Part shown: one piece after another, positions 1 through 9,874 of the stretch
Numbering within the stretch: the stretch's first letter is position 1
Layout of the letters: the number at the start of each line of letters is the position of its first letter
NCBI GenBank assembly: GCA_963847705.1
Contig: CAWKBC010000034.1
Span: 128,001-192,000, forward strand
Length of the DNA stretch: 64,000 bases
Origin: an uncultured Pseudomonadota bacterium
GTDB lineage: Bacteria > Myxococcota_A > Polyangia > Fen-1088
Direction of reading: 5' to 3'
Notes under the pieces: generated by a model
Databases searched by the model: none
Told to the model about the DNA's origin: nothing
What the model saw: the letters and a program-made list of their open reading frames with translations, nothing else
Made by a program: the position numbers and the translations under genes

Positions 1-354
1 GTGCAGCAGCACCGTCAGCAGACGCTCGACCGCCGGGGCGAGCCCGTCGGCGCCGACCCGCTCGCGGTACGGGACCTGGGTGTTGAGGCGGCCGGTGAGC
101 CACGTGCCGCCGCCCGGCCCGAGGTCGATCACCTCCACGGTCAGCGTCGACTCGCAGTCGGTGCTGGCCGCCCGGTGGGTGGGGTGGCGATCGAGCTCGC
201 TCCTGATGAGCCGCGCGAGCGCGTCGGCCTGCGCGGGCGCCGCCGCCACCTCGACACAGGTCCGGAGCTGCGCGCGCGCGAAGCCCGACCACGCGACGAG
301 CGCACCCGCCGCCGTCAGGCCCAGCAGCGCCGCCCGGGCCCGGCCAGCGCGCAT
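1..354 (-). CDS. Secreted protein (5' part only, runs off window), probable paralog of the N-terminal domain of the adjacent gene
   Basis: Manual translation from ATG at 354: MRAGRARAALLGLTAAGALVAWSGFARAQLRTCVEV...LARLIRSELDRHPTHRAASTDCESTLTVEVIDL. It has a signal peptide and parallels IRVCVSV...LKRMLEYEVTHE..AVNDACQQRLVVELYQL of 357..1511. It starts 2 nt after the upstream stop. Not in the supplied ORF track. Confidence 0.7.
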   Translation of the reverse strand, partial: MRAGRARAALLGLTAAGALVAWSGFARAQLRTCVEVAAAPAQADALARLIRSELDRHPTHRAASTDCESTLTVEVIDLGPGGGTWLTGRLNTQVPYRERVGADGLAPAVERLLTVLLH

Positions 355-356
355 GG

Positions 357-1511
357 CTAGAAGATGATCCCGATCTGCGCCAGCGCGCCGGGCATGTAGG
401 CGTCGATCGCCCCGCTGTCGTTCTCGGTCTTGAGCAGGTAGGTCGGCAGATCGAGCTCGACCTGGCCGAAGAAGTGGATGGAGCTGGCGCGCAGGAACTC
501 GTAGCCGACCAGGAAGTCGACGTTGAGACCGCCGCCGACCAGGAGGTCGCGGTCGGTGGTGCTGGTCCGCTCGGCGACCGGGCGGATGGCGTCGAAGAAG
601 GCCAGCTCGAAGGCGGCGCCGCCGCCGAAGTAGAGCGAGTTGATCCCGGCCGCGTCGAGGTAGCGCAGGAAGTGCAGCCCCGCCGAGAGGCTGAAGGAGT
701 AATCGACGTGGCCGCCCAGATCGTTGTCGTGAATCCCCGTCTGCTCGGTCCCGAGGTCGACGCGGCCAAAGGCGTCGAAGCCCCAGGAGTGCAGCTTGCG
801 CCGGTAGCCGGCCTGCACGGTGACGGGCGTCAGCACCCGCAGCTGGTCGGTGGCCGGCAGCGACTGCCCCTGCGCGGTCGGCAGCTCCGCCAGCCGCACC
901 TCCGTCCCCATGCCGAAGATGAAGTGCCCCGTCCCCTCGACGGTGCGCAGATCGCGCTCGCTGTCGGAGCGCAGCACGTTCTCGCGCGTGATCGTCTGGC
1001 CGACCGGGCGGCCACGAAGCAGCGCGAACGCCATCCGCTGCGCCAGCTCCACGAACTCGTCGAGCTCGGCCCGGTCGATCTTCTCCTCCCGCTCGCCGTA
1101 GTGCCCGAACACCGTCCAGCCGCTCTCCAGCTGATAGAGCTCGACGACCAGGCGCTGCTGGCAGGCGTCATTGACGGCCAGGAAGCCCTTCTCGTGCGTC
1201 ACCTCGTACTCCAGCATCCGTTTGAGGTAGAGCGTCGGATCGATCTCGTGCGTCTCCGCGGCGTGATGCGGCGCGGGCGCGTCGCCCGAGGACGTCGGCG
1301 CAGGCGGCGGTGGATAAGGAAGCGGCGGAGGGGGCATGAGCATCGGTGCCCCCTCGACGGTCGACACGACCGGAGGGGCGACGTGCAGCGCCGGCGGCGC
1401 CCGGTACCAGGACTTCTGTTGAACGCTCACGCAGACCCGGATGGTGGCGGCGGCGGTGTTCGACCAGATCACGATCGCGAGCGAGGTGAGTCCAAGCCAG
1501 CCCGGCTTCAT
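357..1511 (-). CDS. Secreted protein with Pro-rich linker and probable C-terminal outer-membrane beta-barrel
   Basis: AAGGAG RBS before ATG at 1511; signal peptide (MKPGWLG...TAAA); alternating hydrophobic/Gly-aromatic strands; C-terminal ALAQIGIIF resembles a beta-signal. Confidence 0.7.
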   Translation of the reverse strand: MKPGWLGLTSLAIVIWSNTAAATIRVCVSVQQKSWYRAPPALHVAPPVVSTVEGAPMLMPPPPLPYPPPPAPTSSGDAPAPHHAAETHEIDPTLYLKRMLEYEVTHEKGFLAVNDACQQRLVVELYQLESGWTVFGHYGEREEKIDRAELDEFVELAQRMAFALLRGRPVGQTITRENVLRSDSERDLRTVEGTGHFIFGMGTEVRLAELPTAQGQSLPATDQLRVLTPVTVQAGYRRKLHSWGFDAFGRVDLGTEQTGIHDNDLGGHVDYSFSLSAGLHFLRYLDAAGINSLYFGGGAAFELAFFDAIRPVAERTSTTDRDLLVGGGLNVDFLVGYEFLRASSIHFFGQVELDLPTYLLKTENDSGAIDAYMPGALAQIGIIF

Positions 1512-1574
1512 GTGAGCTCCTTGCGTGTACGAGGTCACGCCGACCGTGCGGCCGGCGATTTGCCGTCGACGTTT

Positions 1575-1590
1575 TGCAGACCGTGTGCCA
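1575..1590 (-). promoter_or_regulatory. Putative sigma-54 (-24/-12) promoter
   Basis: Minus strand TGGCACACGGTCTGCA gives GG-N10-GC, about 65 nt upstream of the 1511 start. Confidence 0.6.
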
Positions 1591-2018
1591 CACGCAGATC
1601 CCGCGGTTCGCCGCGACGGCGACCAAACCCGACTGTCAGAAAGCGAACGAAGCGCGTCGAGGGTTCACACACCCGTGCCCACCCGCCGAAGCCGTTGCGA
1701 CCGGCGCACGAAGAACGACAGTTCCTGGGAGATCCCGCGGCAGTGCGCGGCGCCGCAGGAATATTGCCCTCCGCCCACGTTCCCTGGGACGGACCGGCCG
1801 CTCCGGAGCAGCGCCTCGGGGAACCCCATTTTCCCTGGCCCGAACGCACCCGGTGACGAGCGCCAACAGAAAATGCAACGGGCTGCCGATCCTCATTCGC
1901 CGTGGTCCCCTCACCAGTCCGCAACCTTCCGCCCAGCAACTCGACGCTCACCTGGAGGGCGGTTTTCAGCCGCGCCCGCGTTCCCCTGGGATCACCGCTG
2001 GTTTACAGTGCCGCCGCC

Positions 2019-2744
2019 ATGCTGCCATCCCGCGCCAGTGTGGGCCTCCTCGTTCTCCTCTTGTCGTGTCTGGCGCTGGGAGGGCCGGCCCGGGCCGACG
2101 ACGTCGAACAGGCGCGCGCCTACGTCAACAAGGCGACCGGCGCCTACGCGCTCAGTCACTACGCGGTGGCGGCGGAGAACTTCGAGAAGGCCTTCGAGCT
2201 CAAGCCCGACCCCGCCCTCCTCTACAACGCCGCCCAGGCCTACCGGCTGGCGGGCAACAAGGAGCGGGCGCTGGAGCTTTATGAGAGCTACGTGCGCGTC
2301 TACACCGGCAAGAAGGACATGCGGCCCGACATCGAGGGGCACATCAGGCAGCTGAAGGAAGCCATCGAGCGCGACAGGGCGGCGGCAACCTCGCCGCCCA
2401 TCACGACGATGCCGATGGGCGGTACGCCGGGCGAGGGGCGAGAGCCCCCGCCCACCAGCCCGCCGCCGGTGACGCCCATCGCCCCGGCCGCGTCGGCCTC
2501 GACGTCGACGCCCGCGCCAGCTGCGATCGCGCCTCCTCCCGCCTCCGCGGCGCCGGCCTCGTCGCCGGTGGTGCTCACCCAGAGCGCCGGACCGCCGGAG
2601 ACCAGCGATTCGGTGACCAAGAAGACCTGGTTCTGGGTGGCCGTCGGCGGCGGCGTCGCGGCCGCCGTGATCGTGGGGCTGCTGATCGGGCTGAGCGGAA
2701 CTGACCCCGCCAGCGCCAGCATCGGAAAGGTGAACGGAAATTGA
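2019..2744 (+). CDS. Exported TPR-repeat protein with Pro-rich linker and C-terminal TM segment
   Basis: Signal peptide ending ARA-DD; TPR motif (AAENFEKAFELKPDPALLYNAAQAY); KKTWFWVAVGGG hydrophobic tail typical of myxobacterial TPR proteins. Its stop overlaps the next start (TTGA). Confidence 0.8.
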   Translation: MLPSRASVGLLVLLLSCLALGGPARADDVEQARAYVNKATGAYALSHYAVAAENFEKAFELKPDPALLYNAAQAYRLAGNKERALELYESYVRVYTGKKDMRPDIEGHIRQLKEAIERDRAAATSPPITTMPMGGTPGEGREPPPTSPPPVTPIAPAASASTSTPAPAAIAPPPASAAPASSPVVLTQSAGPPETSDSVTKKTWFWVAVGGGVAAAVIVGLLIGLSGTDPASASIGKVNGN

Positions 2745-5705
2745 AGCGTCTTCCCTGGTGGTTGTCGTCCGGACACGCTCTCGCGATCATGCTGCTCGCC
2801 GGGCTGGTGACAGCGGCGGGCTGTCGAAGCACCAGCTCGTGCAACGCGGGAACCGTCCTCGTCACGGTGACGTTCGACGCCACCACCAGCGCGGCGGATG
2901 ACGTTGACGTCGAGGTGAGCGTCGACGGCGGCGCGCCCAAGACCACCTCCCTGCCGCACAACCCGGGCGACACCAGAGGTTCGATCGAGGTCGACTTCCC
3001 GAGCGGGACCGGGTACCCGGAAGGTAAGCGCCTGGACGTCACGGTCGTGGCGCGGGCCGCGGGCAGCGTGCTCGGAACCGCCACGGCCAGCGTCGCGATG
3101 TTGCCGAGCGGCTGTGGCACGCTCGCGCTCAGCTTCGGCGTGACGGGGCCGGACGGCGGCACCGGGGCGGGCGGCAAGGGCGGCAAGGGCGGCCAAGCGG
3201 GCGGTGGCGCCACGGGCGGCCGCGACGCCGGCACCTCGGACGCCAGCGGCGACGGCCCCCTCACCGGGTGCACCAGCGGCACCACCCGCTCCTGCGCGGC
3301 GGATGGCTATCTCGGCAACTGCGCCAGCGGCACCGAGACCTGCGCCGGCGGCCGGTGGAGCGCCTGCAGCGTCTCTCCGGCGGCCGCGGACAGCTGCGCC
3401 ACCAAGGGCGACGACGCCACCTGCAACGGCACGCCCAACGAAGGGTGCGCCTGCCTGGACGTCGACCCGGCGCGCTCCTGCAGCGCGGGCGGCGCGCTCG
3501 GGGCCTGCGCCGCGGGGATGCAGACCTGCTCGGGAGGGAAGTGGGGCGCTTGCAGCATCGCACCCGCGGCCCAGGACGACTGTACGGTCAAGGGCGACGA
3601 CTCCAACTGCAACGGCACGCCCAACGACGGCTGCCCCTGCGTCAACGGGGACACACAGCCCTGCGGCCCGGCCGCGGTCGGGATTCTGCAAGCCAGGGAC
3701 GGCGACCTGCGCGAGCGGCGTCTGGGGCGCCTGCGTGGGGGCGGTCAACAAGGCGGCCCGCGACTGCACGTCGACGGCCGACAACGACTGCGACGGGTTG
3801 CCGGACAACACGGTCGACGTGGTGTGCAAGTGCGGCAGCGGCTCCACGCAGGCCTGCAGCGCCCACCCGGGCAACGACGGCTACGGCCCCTGCACGGCCG
3901 GAAAGCAGAGCTGCGTCATCGCCGCCGACAAGACCTCCTCGACCTGGGGCACCTGCTCCGGGGCGGTGGGTCCCGCAGCCGCCGACACCTGCGTCAAGGG
4001 CGACGACAGCAACTGCAACGGCACCCCCAACGAAGGGTGTGCCTGTGTCAGCACGGACGCGCCGCGCTCGTGCGCCGCGGCCGGCGCGCTCGGAAACTGC
4101 GCCGCGGGGACCCAGACCTGCTCCACCGCCGGCCAGTGGGGCGCCTGCAGCGTCCAGCCCGCCTCCGCAGACAGCTGCGCGGTCAAGGGGGACGACGCCA
4201 CCTGCAACGGGAAGGCGAACGAAGGCTGCCCCTGCGTCAGCGGCGACACGGAGAGCTGCGGCCCGGCTGCGGTCGGGATCTGCAAGCCCGGTGTGGCGAC
4301 CTGCACGAACGGCGTCTGGGGCGCCTGCGTGGGGGCGGTCAACAAGGGGACGCGTGACTGTACCTCGTCGGCCGACAACGACTGCGATGGGGTGCCGGAC
4401 AACACGATCGATCTCGTCTGCACCTGCACCTCCGGCACGACCCAGCCCTGCAGCGCCCACCCGGGCAAGGACGGCAACGGCCCGTGCAAGGCCGGCTCGC
4501 AGACCTGCGTGGTGGCGGCCGACAAGACCTCTTCGGCCTGGGGGACCTGCAGCGGCTCGGTGGGGCCGGCGGCCTCCGACACCTGCGTTCAGGGCAACGA
4601 CAACAATTGCAGCGGGACCGCCAATGACGGCTGCCTCTGCGTCAACAGCGTGACCACCCGCAAGTGCGGCTATTGCAACGACGGCTCGCAGACCTGCGTC
4701 GACGGGACCGTGGGAAGCTACACGACCTGCGTGGGGGCGACCGGACAGGCCTTCACCGCCCTGCCCCTGGTCAACGGTTGGACCGGCGGACCGTACTCCA
4801 CGGCCATCCCCGCGGCGGCGCTGGACTGCTCGGGCGTCGTGCAGCTCAAGGGGGGGATGTCGACCACCGGCACGAACCTGTCGGCGTTCACCCTCCCCGC
4901 CGGCCTGGCGCCTCCGGCGAGTCTCTGGATTCCGGCCGACGGCTACAGCTCGGCGAAGGTGCGCCTCTACGTCGCCAGCACCGGCGCGGTCAGCGTCCAG
5001 GCGCTCAATGCGACGACCGACGCCACGCAGTTCACGTCGCTCGAGGGGGTTTCGTTCCCGGTGTCAGCCAACGGTTACACGCCGCTGACGCTGCAGAACG
5101 GATGGACGGCGTACAGCGGGGCCCGCGCTCCGGCGGTGGCCAACGTCGGGGGGATCATCCGCTTCCAGGGCGCGGTCACGACCACCGGCACGAGCTCGAC
5201 GATCTTCACGCTGCCGGCCTCGATGGCGCCTCCGACCATCACCTACGTGACGGCCGATCTCTACCTCGCGGCGAAGGGGCGGCTCGTCATCTCGCCCACC
5301 GGCGCGGTGAGCGTCCAGGCCCAGAACACCTTCTCCGACGCGGCGAGCTTCACCTCGCTCGAGGGGGTCTGGTTCGCGCTGTCGTCGAGCGGCTACACGG
5401 CGCTCACACTCCAGAATGGGTGGGCGACGTACAGCACCACGCGCGGCCCCGCGGTCTCGGTCAGCAACGGGATCGTCCGTTTCCAGGGCGCGATCTCGAC
5501 CAGCGGCACCAACCTCCTGCCCTTCGTCCTGCCGGGTGGATTCCTGCCCGCGGCGAGCGTCTACACGCCCCTCGACCTCTACGCGGCCAGCAAGGGGCGC
5601 TTCTACATTCAGTCGAACGGGACGGTCGACGTCGATCCGGAGGGGGGCACCACCACGAACGCCACCGGCTTCACCTCGCTCGAGGGCGTCTCCTTCGCCC
5701 AGTAG
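2741..5705 (+). CDS. Large Cys-rich repeat surface lipoprotein with three C-terminal phage tail/RBP-head-like repeats; +1 frameshift near 3684
   Basis: Lipobox AAGC; Gly-rich linker; repeated DxxCNG/DNDCDG Cys motifs. The N-part is in ORF 2741..4357 and the C-part in ORF 3204..5705. Repeat copy 1 reads gggattctgcaag where copy 2 reads gggatctgcaag, i.e. one extra T. Confidence 0.75.
3422..4640 (+). repeat. Internal tandem duplication (~595 bp unit, 2 copies) encoding the Cys-rich stalk
   Basis: tgcggcccggc..cggtcggg at 3662 and 4257; tgcaacggcac.cccaacgaagggtg at 3422 and 4014; protein units GPAAVGICKPG..CVGAVNK..RDCTS.ADNDCDG.PDNT repeated. Confidence 0.85.
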
Positions 5706-5735
5706 CCCGCGGTGGCGATTCGCCTCCGGCGGCGG

Positions 5736-7130
5736 CTACTCCTTCTGAAGCGAACGGGCGGGGGCGAGCGCGGACTCGCTCTCCGACGAGATTCGGAACG
5801 AGTCGGTTCGAACCGCCCAGGCGATCGCCACACTGACGGCCAGGACAATCAGGGCCAGCCTGGCGGTGAGCGCGTCGGGCGCCAGCAGCGGTTGGCCTCG
5901 CTCGGCCTGGATGAAGGTCACCACGACGACGCCGAGCCAGCCGGCGCCCAGCGCCAGGACCGTGCGCGCGCCGCGACGCCGGCGTTCGAGGAGACAGGCT
6001 GCCAGTGGAAGGAGCTGCAGCGCGTGCAGGCCGAAGAAGTGCGGAACGCGAAGGTCGCCACCGACGGTGCTCCAGCGGGCGACCGGCAGGCCGGGGCCGC
6101 CGTCGGGGACGCCGACGGCGTGGGCGCCGATGACCGGGGTCGGCTCACCGGCGCGGAGGGTGGCGAGCTGGGCCGGGGTCGGTCGCGGCATCACGAACCC
6201 GACGGCTCCGCCCAGCACCGCCCCGGCCAGGCCGAGGCGAATGCCCCAGGTCCGCGCGGGGGTGGCGAAGCGATGCCGGAACGCGCGCACGGCGATGAAC
6301 AGCTCTGCCAGCCAGAGGCCGGTGATGGCCACCCCCATGGTCGAGAACACCAGGCCGTCGAGGCGGGAGGCGTAGTTGAAGTGGCTCGGTACGCCGCGGA
6401 GCGCCTGCGCGGTGATGAGGACCAGCTCGAGCCCCGCCACCAGGCTGATGAAGGTTCCCGCCCGATGGAGGCGCCGATCGGGGGGCAGCTGCGCCAGGAT
6501 CCAGGCCAACGCCGGCGCCATCATCGCAACGGAGACGCCGAACTTGGCAGGCTTGAGCCAGACGGGGGCACCGGTCACCTGGCGGTGGTCCACCAGCGCC
6601 AGCGAGAGCGAAACGACGAACAGCGCCGCCGAGGCGACCGTGATCCGGGCCAGCGGCTGATGGGTGGTGGCCAGCCAGCGCCGCAGGCGCCCGCCCGTCG
6701 CCGGTAAGCGCGGGCCGAGCGCGGTCCCGAGCAGGTAGAGGCCGAGGCCGAGCGGGGCGAAGAGCAGAGTGAGCACCAGAGCCGGCGTGGTCGCCCAGCG
6801 TCCGAGACCGCGCGCGCGGGCGTCGAGGAAGATCCAGCGTCCGGCGAAGAGGTCGAGCGCCAGAAAGTGCGCCCAGGCCAGGGTGGCGCCGGCCGGGGTC
6901 CCCAGCAGCCGCGCGATCGTCGCCAGCTGGGGATGGGCGACCGCGGGCAGCAGGGTCGCCAGGTGCGGGAGCGCCAGCGCGGCGTAGAGCGCGATGGGCC
7001 CGGCGACGATCCAGGGGCTCCCGATGACCCGCGCCGTCAGGGGGGCCCGCGGCCAGAGCAGCATCAAGAGCCAGAACGGCATCACCGGCCAGGAGCTCGA
7101 CGAGAACAGGAACGGCAACAGGCTCTGCAT
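5736..7130 (-). CDS. ABA4-like (DUF4281) domain fused to a multi-pass membrane protein
   Basis: PFWLLM..P, AWAHFLALDLFAGRWI and LTLLFAPLGL are DUF4281 motifs; second domain has WLKPAKF, GVPSHFN and GGDLRVPHFFGLHALQ. Confidence 0.75.
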   Translation of the reverse strand: MQSLLPFLFSSSSWPVMPFWLLMLLWPRAPLTARVIGSPWIVAGPIALYAALALPHLATLLPAVAHPQLATIARLLGTPAGATLAWAHFLALDLFAGRWIFLDARARGLGRWATTPALVLTLLFAPLGLGLYLLGTALGPRLPATGGRLRRWLATTHQPLARITVASAALFVVSLSLALVDHRQVTGAPVWLKPAKFGVSVAMMAPALAWILAQLPPDRRLHRAGTFISLVAGLELVLITAQALRGVPSHFNYASRLDGLVFSTMGVAITGLWLAELFIAVRAFRHRFATPARTWGIRLGLAGAVLGGAVGFVMPRPTPAQLATLRAGEPTPVIGAHAVGVPDGGPGLPVARWSTVGGDLRVPHFFGLHALQLLPLAACLLERRRRGARTVLALGAGWLGVVVVTFIQAERGQPLLAPDALTARLALIVLAVSVAIAWAVRTDSFRISSESESALAPARSLQKE

Positions 7131-7178
7131 GACTCACCTCCGCGCGACGTGGGCTGACCTGGACTGACCGAGGCTCGA

Positions 7179-7241
7179 ATGATGACAACGTAAACATTCA
7201 TATGTTACCGGTGTCAACAATTTTGTTTTCGCCGTCAACAT
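7179..7241. promoter_or_regulatory. Three 19-bp imperfect palindromes, putative TetR operators
   Basis: ATGATGACAACGTAAACAT (7179), ATGTTACCGGTGTCAACAA (7202) and TTGTTTTCGCCGTCAACAT (7223); consensus ATGTTgAC-N3-GTcAACAT; located in the divergent intergenic region. Confidence 0.7.
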
Positions 7242-7257
7242 TTGATACGTTCACCGC

Positions 7258-7893
7258 ATGGCCATCCGGGTCGCCCGCAAGCGGGCCAACGCCTACCAGC
7301 ACGGCGACCTGCGGGCCGCCCTCATCCAGGCCGGTCTCAAGCTGCTCGGTGAGGGGGGCGTTCGCAGCCTCACCCTGCGGGCGGCGGCCCAGCTGGCGGG
7401 GGTCAGCCACGCGGCGCCCTACCGTCACTTTCGCGACAAGGACCAGCTGGTGGCGGCGATCGCGGAGGAAGGGTTCCGCCTCCTCACCGCTCACATGCAG
7501 GCCGAGCTCGCCGCGGCGCCGGCCGGAGGGCCGCAAGGGTTGCGGGCCATCGGCTGGGGGTACGTCTCATTCGCGCGTGCGCACCCCGGCTACTTCCGGA
7601 CGATCTTCGGCGGCGTCGTCCCGGAGGATCGCGGACGCTTCACCCCCTCCCTGCAGGCGGCCGGTGAGGAGGCTTATCAGGTGCTTCGCGGGCAGATCCA
7701 GGCAGGCGTGCGCGACGGCTGGCTGCGCCGCGGCGATCCCGAGGAGATGTCGCTGGCCGCCTGGTCACTCGTCCACGGGCTCAGCATGTTGATGATCGAC
7801 GGCCAGCTCTCGGCGCTGGTCCCCCACGAGGCGGCCGCGCGCGCGATCACCGCGGCGCTGATTCGATCGCTCGAGAGCGGCCTCGCGATCTAG
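7258..7893 (+). CDS. TetR/AcrR family regulator (WHG-type C-terminal domain)
   Basis: YQHGDLRAALI...TLRAAAQLAGVSHAAPYRHF HTH; AWSLVHG motif. Confidence 0.9.
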   Translation: MAIRVARKRANAYQHGDLRAALIQAGLKLLGEGGVRSLTLRAAAQLAGVSHAAPYRHFRDKDQLVAAIAEEGFRLLTAHMQAELAAAPAGGPQGLRAIGWGYVSFARAHPGYFRTIFGGVVPEDRGRFTPSLQAAGEEAYQVLRGQIQAGVRDGWLRRGDPEEMSLAAWSLVHGLSMLMIDGQLSALVPHEAAARAITAALIRSLESGLAI

Positions 7894-8107
7894 CGCGGCC
7901 AGCGAACGAGCGCGCTCGGATGCTCTGACGTCCACGCATGCGACACCGCGACACCGCCGTGAACGGTGAGCGGCGCCCGATCATCGGCGTGATCAACCTC
8001 AACATCCCAAATGCTTGCTTGCGCCGGTCGTCGCGCAATTGGCACTTGTGAATCTGCCAGGGGGTGTATAACGCAACGCGCACGTCAACCCTCTCCAGGA
8101 GATCCCA

Positions 8108-9121
8108 ATGACAAGGTTACGAATGACGACGGTTGCATTCACTGTGCTCGTTGCGTCGGCCTCGGCCGCCAGCGCCGCCCCCACCTACGCGCCCCCGCCG
8201 CCGACGGCGCCCCACCTGAACACCTACCCCAACTGGGCCGCGCTCTGGTCGATCTGGGCGTATGGAACCCCCGCGGCCAACAACCCCGTGCTCGACACCA
8301 CCGGCGCGAACTGCGCGGTGGGCCAGCCGGTGCCCGGCACGTTCTTCCTCGCCGGAACCTTCGACGGCTCGACCGTGATGCGGACCTGCACCACGCCGGT
8401 CGGGGACGCATTTCTCATCCCGATCTTGAACGGCGTCGAGTTCGCGCAGCAGACGGATCCGCCCGATCAGCGCACCGAGGCCTTCCTTCGCGGAGAGCTG
8501 GCCTGCTTCGACACGCCCCCCACCCTGTCGCTGACGGTCGACGGCGTGGCGCTCCCCAATCCGCAGAGCTACCTCGAACACTCGGTGGTCTTCTCGCTCA
8601 ATCTCCCGGCCGGCAACGTCTTCGGCGTTCCGGCGCAGCTTCTCAGCCCGGCGGTGGACGCCGGCTACTACGCCTTCCTCGAGCCGCTCAGCGCCGGGAG
8701 CCACACCATCCACCTCACCGCGTTCTCGGCCGCCTGCGGCGGCGCGACCCAGGACACCACCTACAAGCTCATCGTCCAGGGCACCGTGGGAACGCCCCTC
8801 ACCTGCTCGGGCAACCAGCAGCTGACGCTCAACAACGTGGACATCCAGAGCACCGGGGCCGCGCTCACCGTCTCGGGCAACTGCAACGTGACCATCAACA
8901 ACAGCGTCCTCTTCGGAAGCACCTCGGCGATCGTGGTCCACGATCAGGGGCACGTGATTGTGAACACCAGCGTGGTCGGTGGCGGACCGGGCGCCGGCGG
9001 GTTTGCGGTCTCCGCCGACGGACACGGTCATGCGGAGTTGCGCAACTCCTCGGTGATCAGCCCGACCTCGGCGATCGGATTTTCGATCATCAGCAACTCT
9101 GGCGGCAACTCCGCCTTCTAG
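8108..9121 (+). CDS. Secreted protein with conserved unknown domain and C-terminal beta-helix-like region
   Basis: Signal peptide; DTTGANCAVGQ..FFLAG..RTCT..AVDAGYY..LEPL..G.HTI domain; Asn/Gly/Val repeats at the C-terminus. Start may be 8123. Confidence 0.75.
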   Translation: MTRLRMTTVAFTVLVASASAASAAPTYAPPPPTAPHLNTYPNWAALWSIWAYGTPAANNPVLDTTGANCAVGQPVPGTFFLAGTFDGSTVMRTCTTPVGDAFLIPILNGVEFAQQTDPPDQRTEAFLRGELACFDTPPTLSLTVDGVALPNPQSYLEHSVVFSLNLPAGNVFGVPAQLLSPAVDAGYYAFLEPLSAGSHTIHLTAFSAACGGATQDTTYKLIVQGTVGTPLTCSGNQQLTLNNVDIQSTGAALTVSGNCNVTINNSVLFGSTSAIVVHDQGHVIVNTSVVGGGPGAGGFAVSADGHGHAELRNSSVISPTSAIGFSIISNSGGNSAF

Positions 9122-9294
9122 CTCGCGTCGGCATCGAGGCGCGCGCTCGGCGCGCCTCGGTGTCGCTCTCTGGCGCGGCTCAACTCCGAACCAGCAGGTC
9201 GATGGACTGGTCGAGCGCCGTGAGGTGAGCAGCGCCGCCGGGACCAAATGAGTCGGCCGCTCACGCAGATAGAAGGCGGCCAGACGCCGGTCTC

Positions 9295-9864
9295 TTAAGG
9301 GTTCGGTTCGGCGACGAGGTGGATTCCAGGGCGCCCCATCAGGATGAGCGTGGCCGCCCGCCGGCCTGCCTCGGCGACGTGAATGGCCGGAGGCTCGGGC
9401 GCCGTTTCCGTCCAGGTGCCGGGTCCCCAGAAGCGGCCGAAGCGCAGAATGAGGACGTCGAGGCCCGAGGCGACGGCGCTGTCTTCGAGCGCGGCGACGG
9501 CCGCGGCCGAGTCGGCGCTTCCCGCGAAGGCGATGCTCTCGACGACCAGTCGACGCGCCCCACTGGCGCACGCCGCCGCGCTGACGATCGGCCCGCCTTC
9601 GCGACGAATTCGACTGTTTGCAGGACCCGGTCCGCCCGCCAGATCGGTGAGGAAGTTGACGACCACCTCGGGCGCGCAGGCCCGCGCGACACGTGCGAGG
9701 GCGTCCGGTTGGTAGACGTCGCAGAGCTCCGCGCGGGCACCGAGCGCGGCGAGGCTGGCGCGCCTGTCGGCGGAGCGCGTGGTGCCGGTGACGTCGTGCC
9801 CGCCCAGGTGCGGCAGCGTGGCGCGCCCCAGCACGCCGGTGGCGCCGACGATCAGGATCCGCAT
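9295..9864 (-). CDS. NAD(P)-binding Rossmann protein (atypical SDR/epimerase family)
   Basis: MRILIVGATGVLG; LRFGRFWGPGT. Confidence 0.8.
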   Translation of the reverse strand: MRILIVGATGVLGRATLPHLGGHDVTGTTRSADRRASLAALGARAELCDVYQPDALARVARACAPEVVVNFLTDLAGGPGPANSRIRREGGPIVSAAACASGARRLVVESIAFAGSADSAAAVAALEDSAVASGLDVLILRFGRFWGPGTWTETAPEPPAIHVAEAGRRAATLILMGRPGIHLVAEPNP

Positions 9865-9874
9865 CGCTGCAGCA

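Noticed and set aside
9295-9864. Recent duplication with the similar oxidoreductase at 49364..50095
   Set aside because: Same family, but the proteins differ in length and much of their sequence; better explained as independent homologs.
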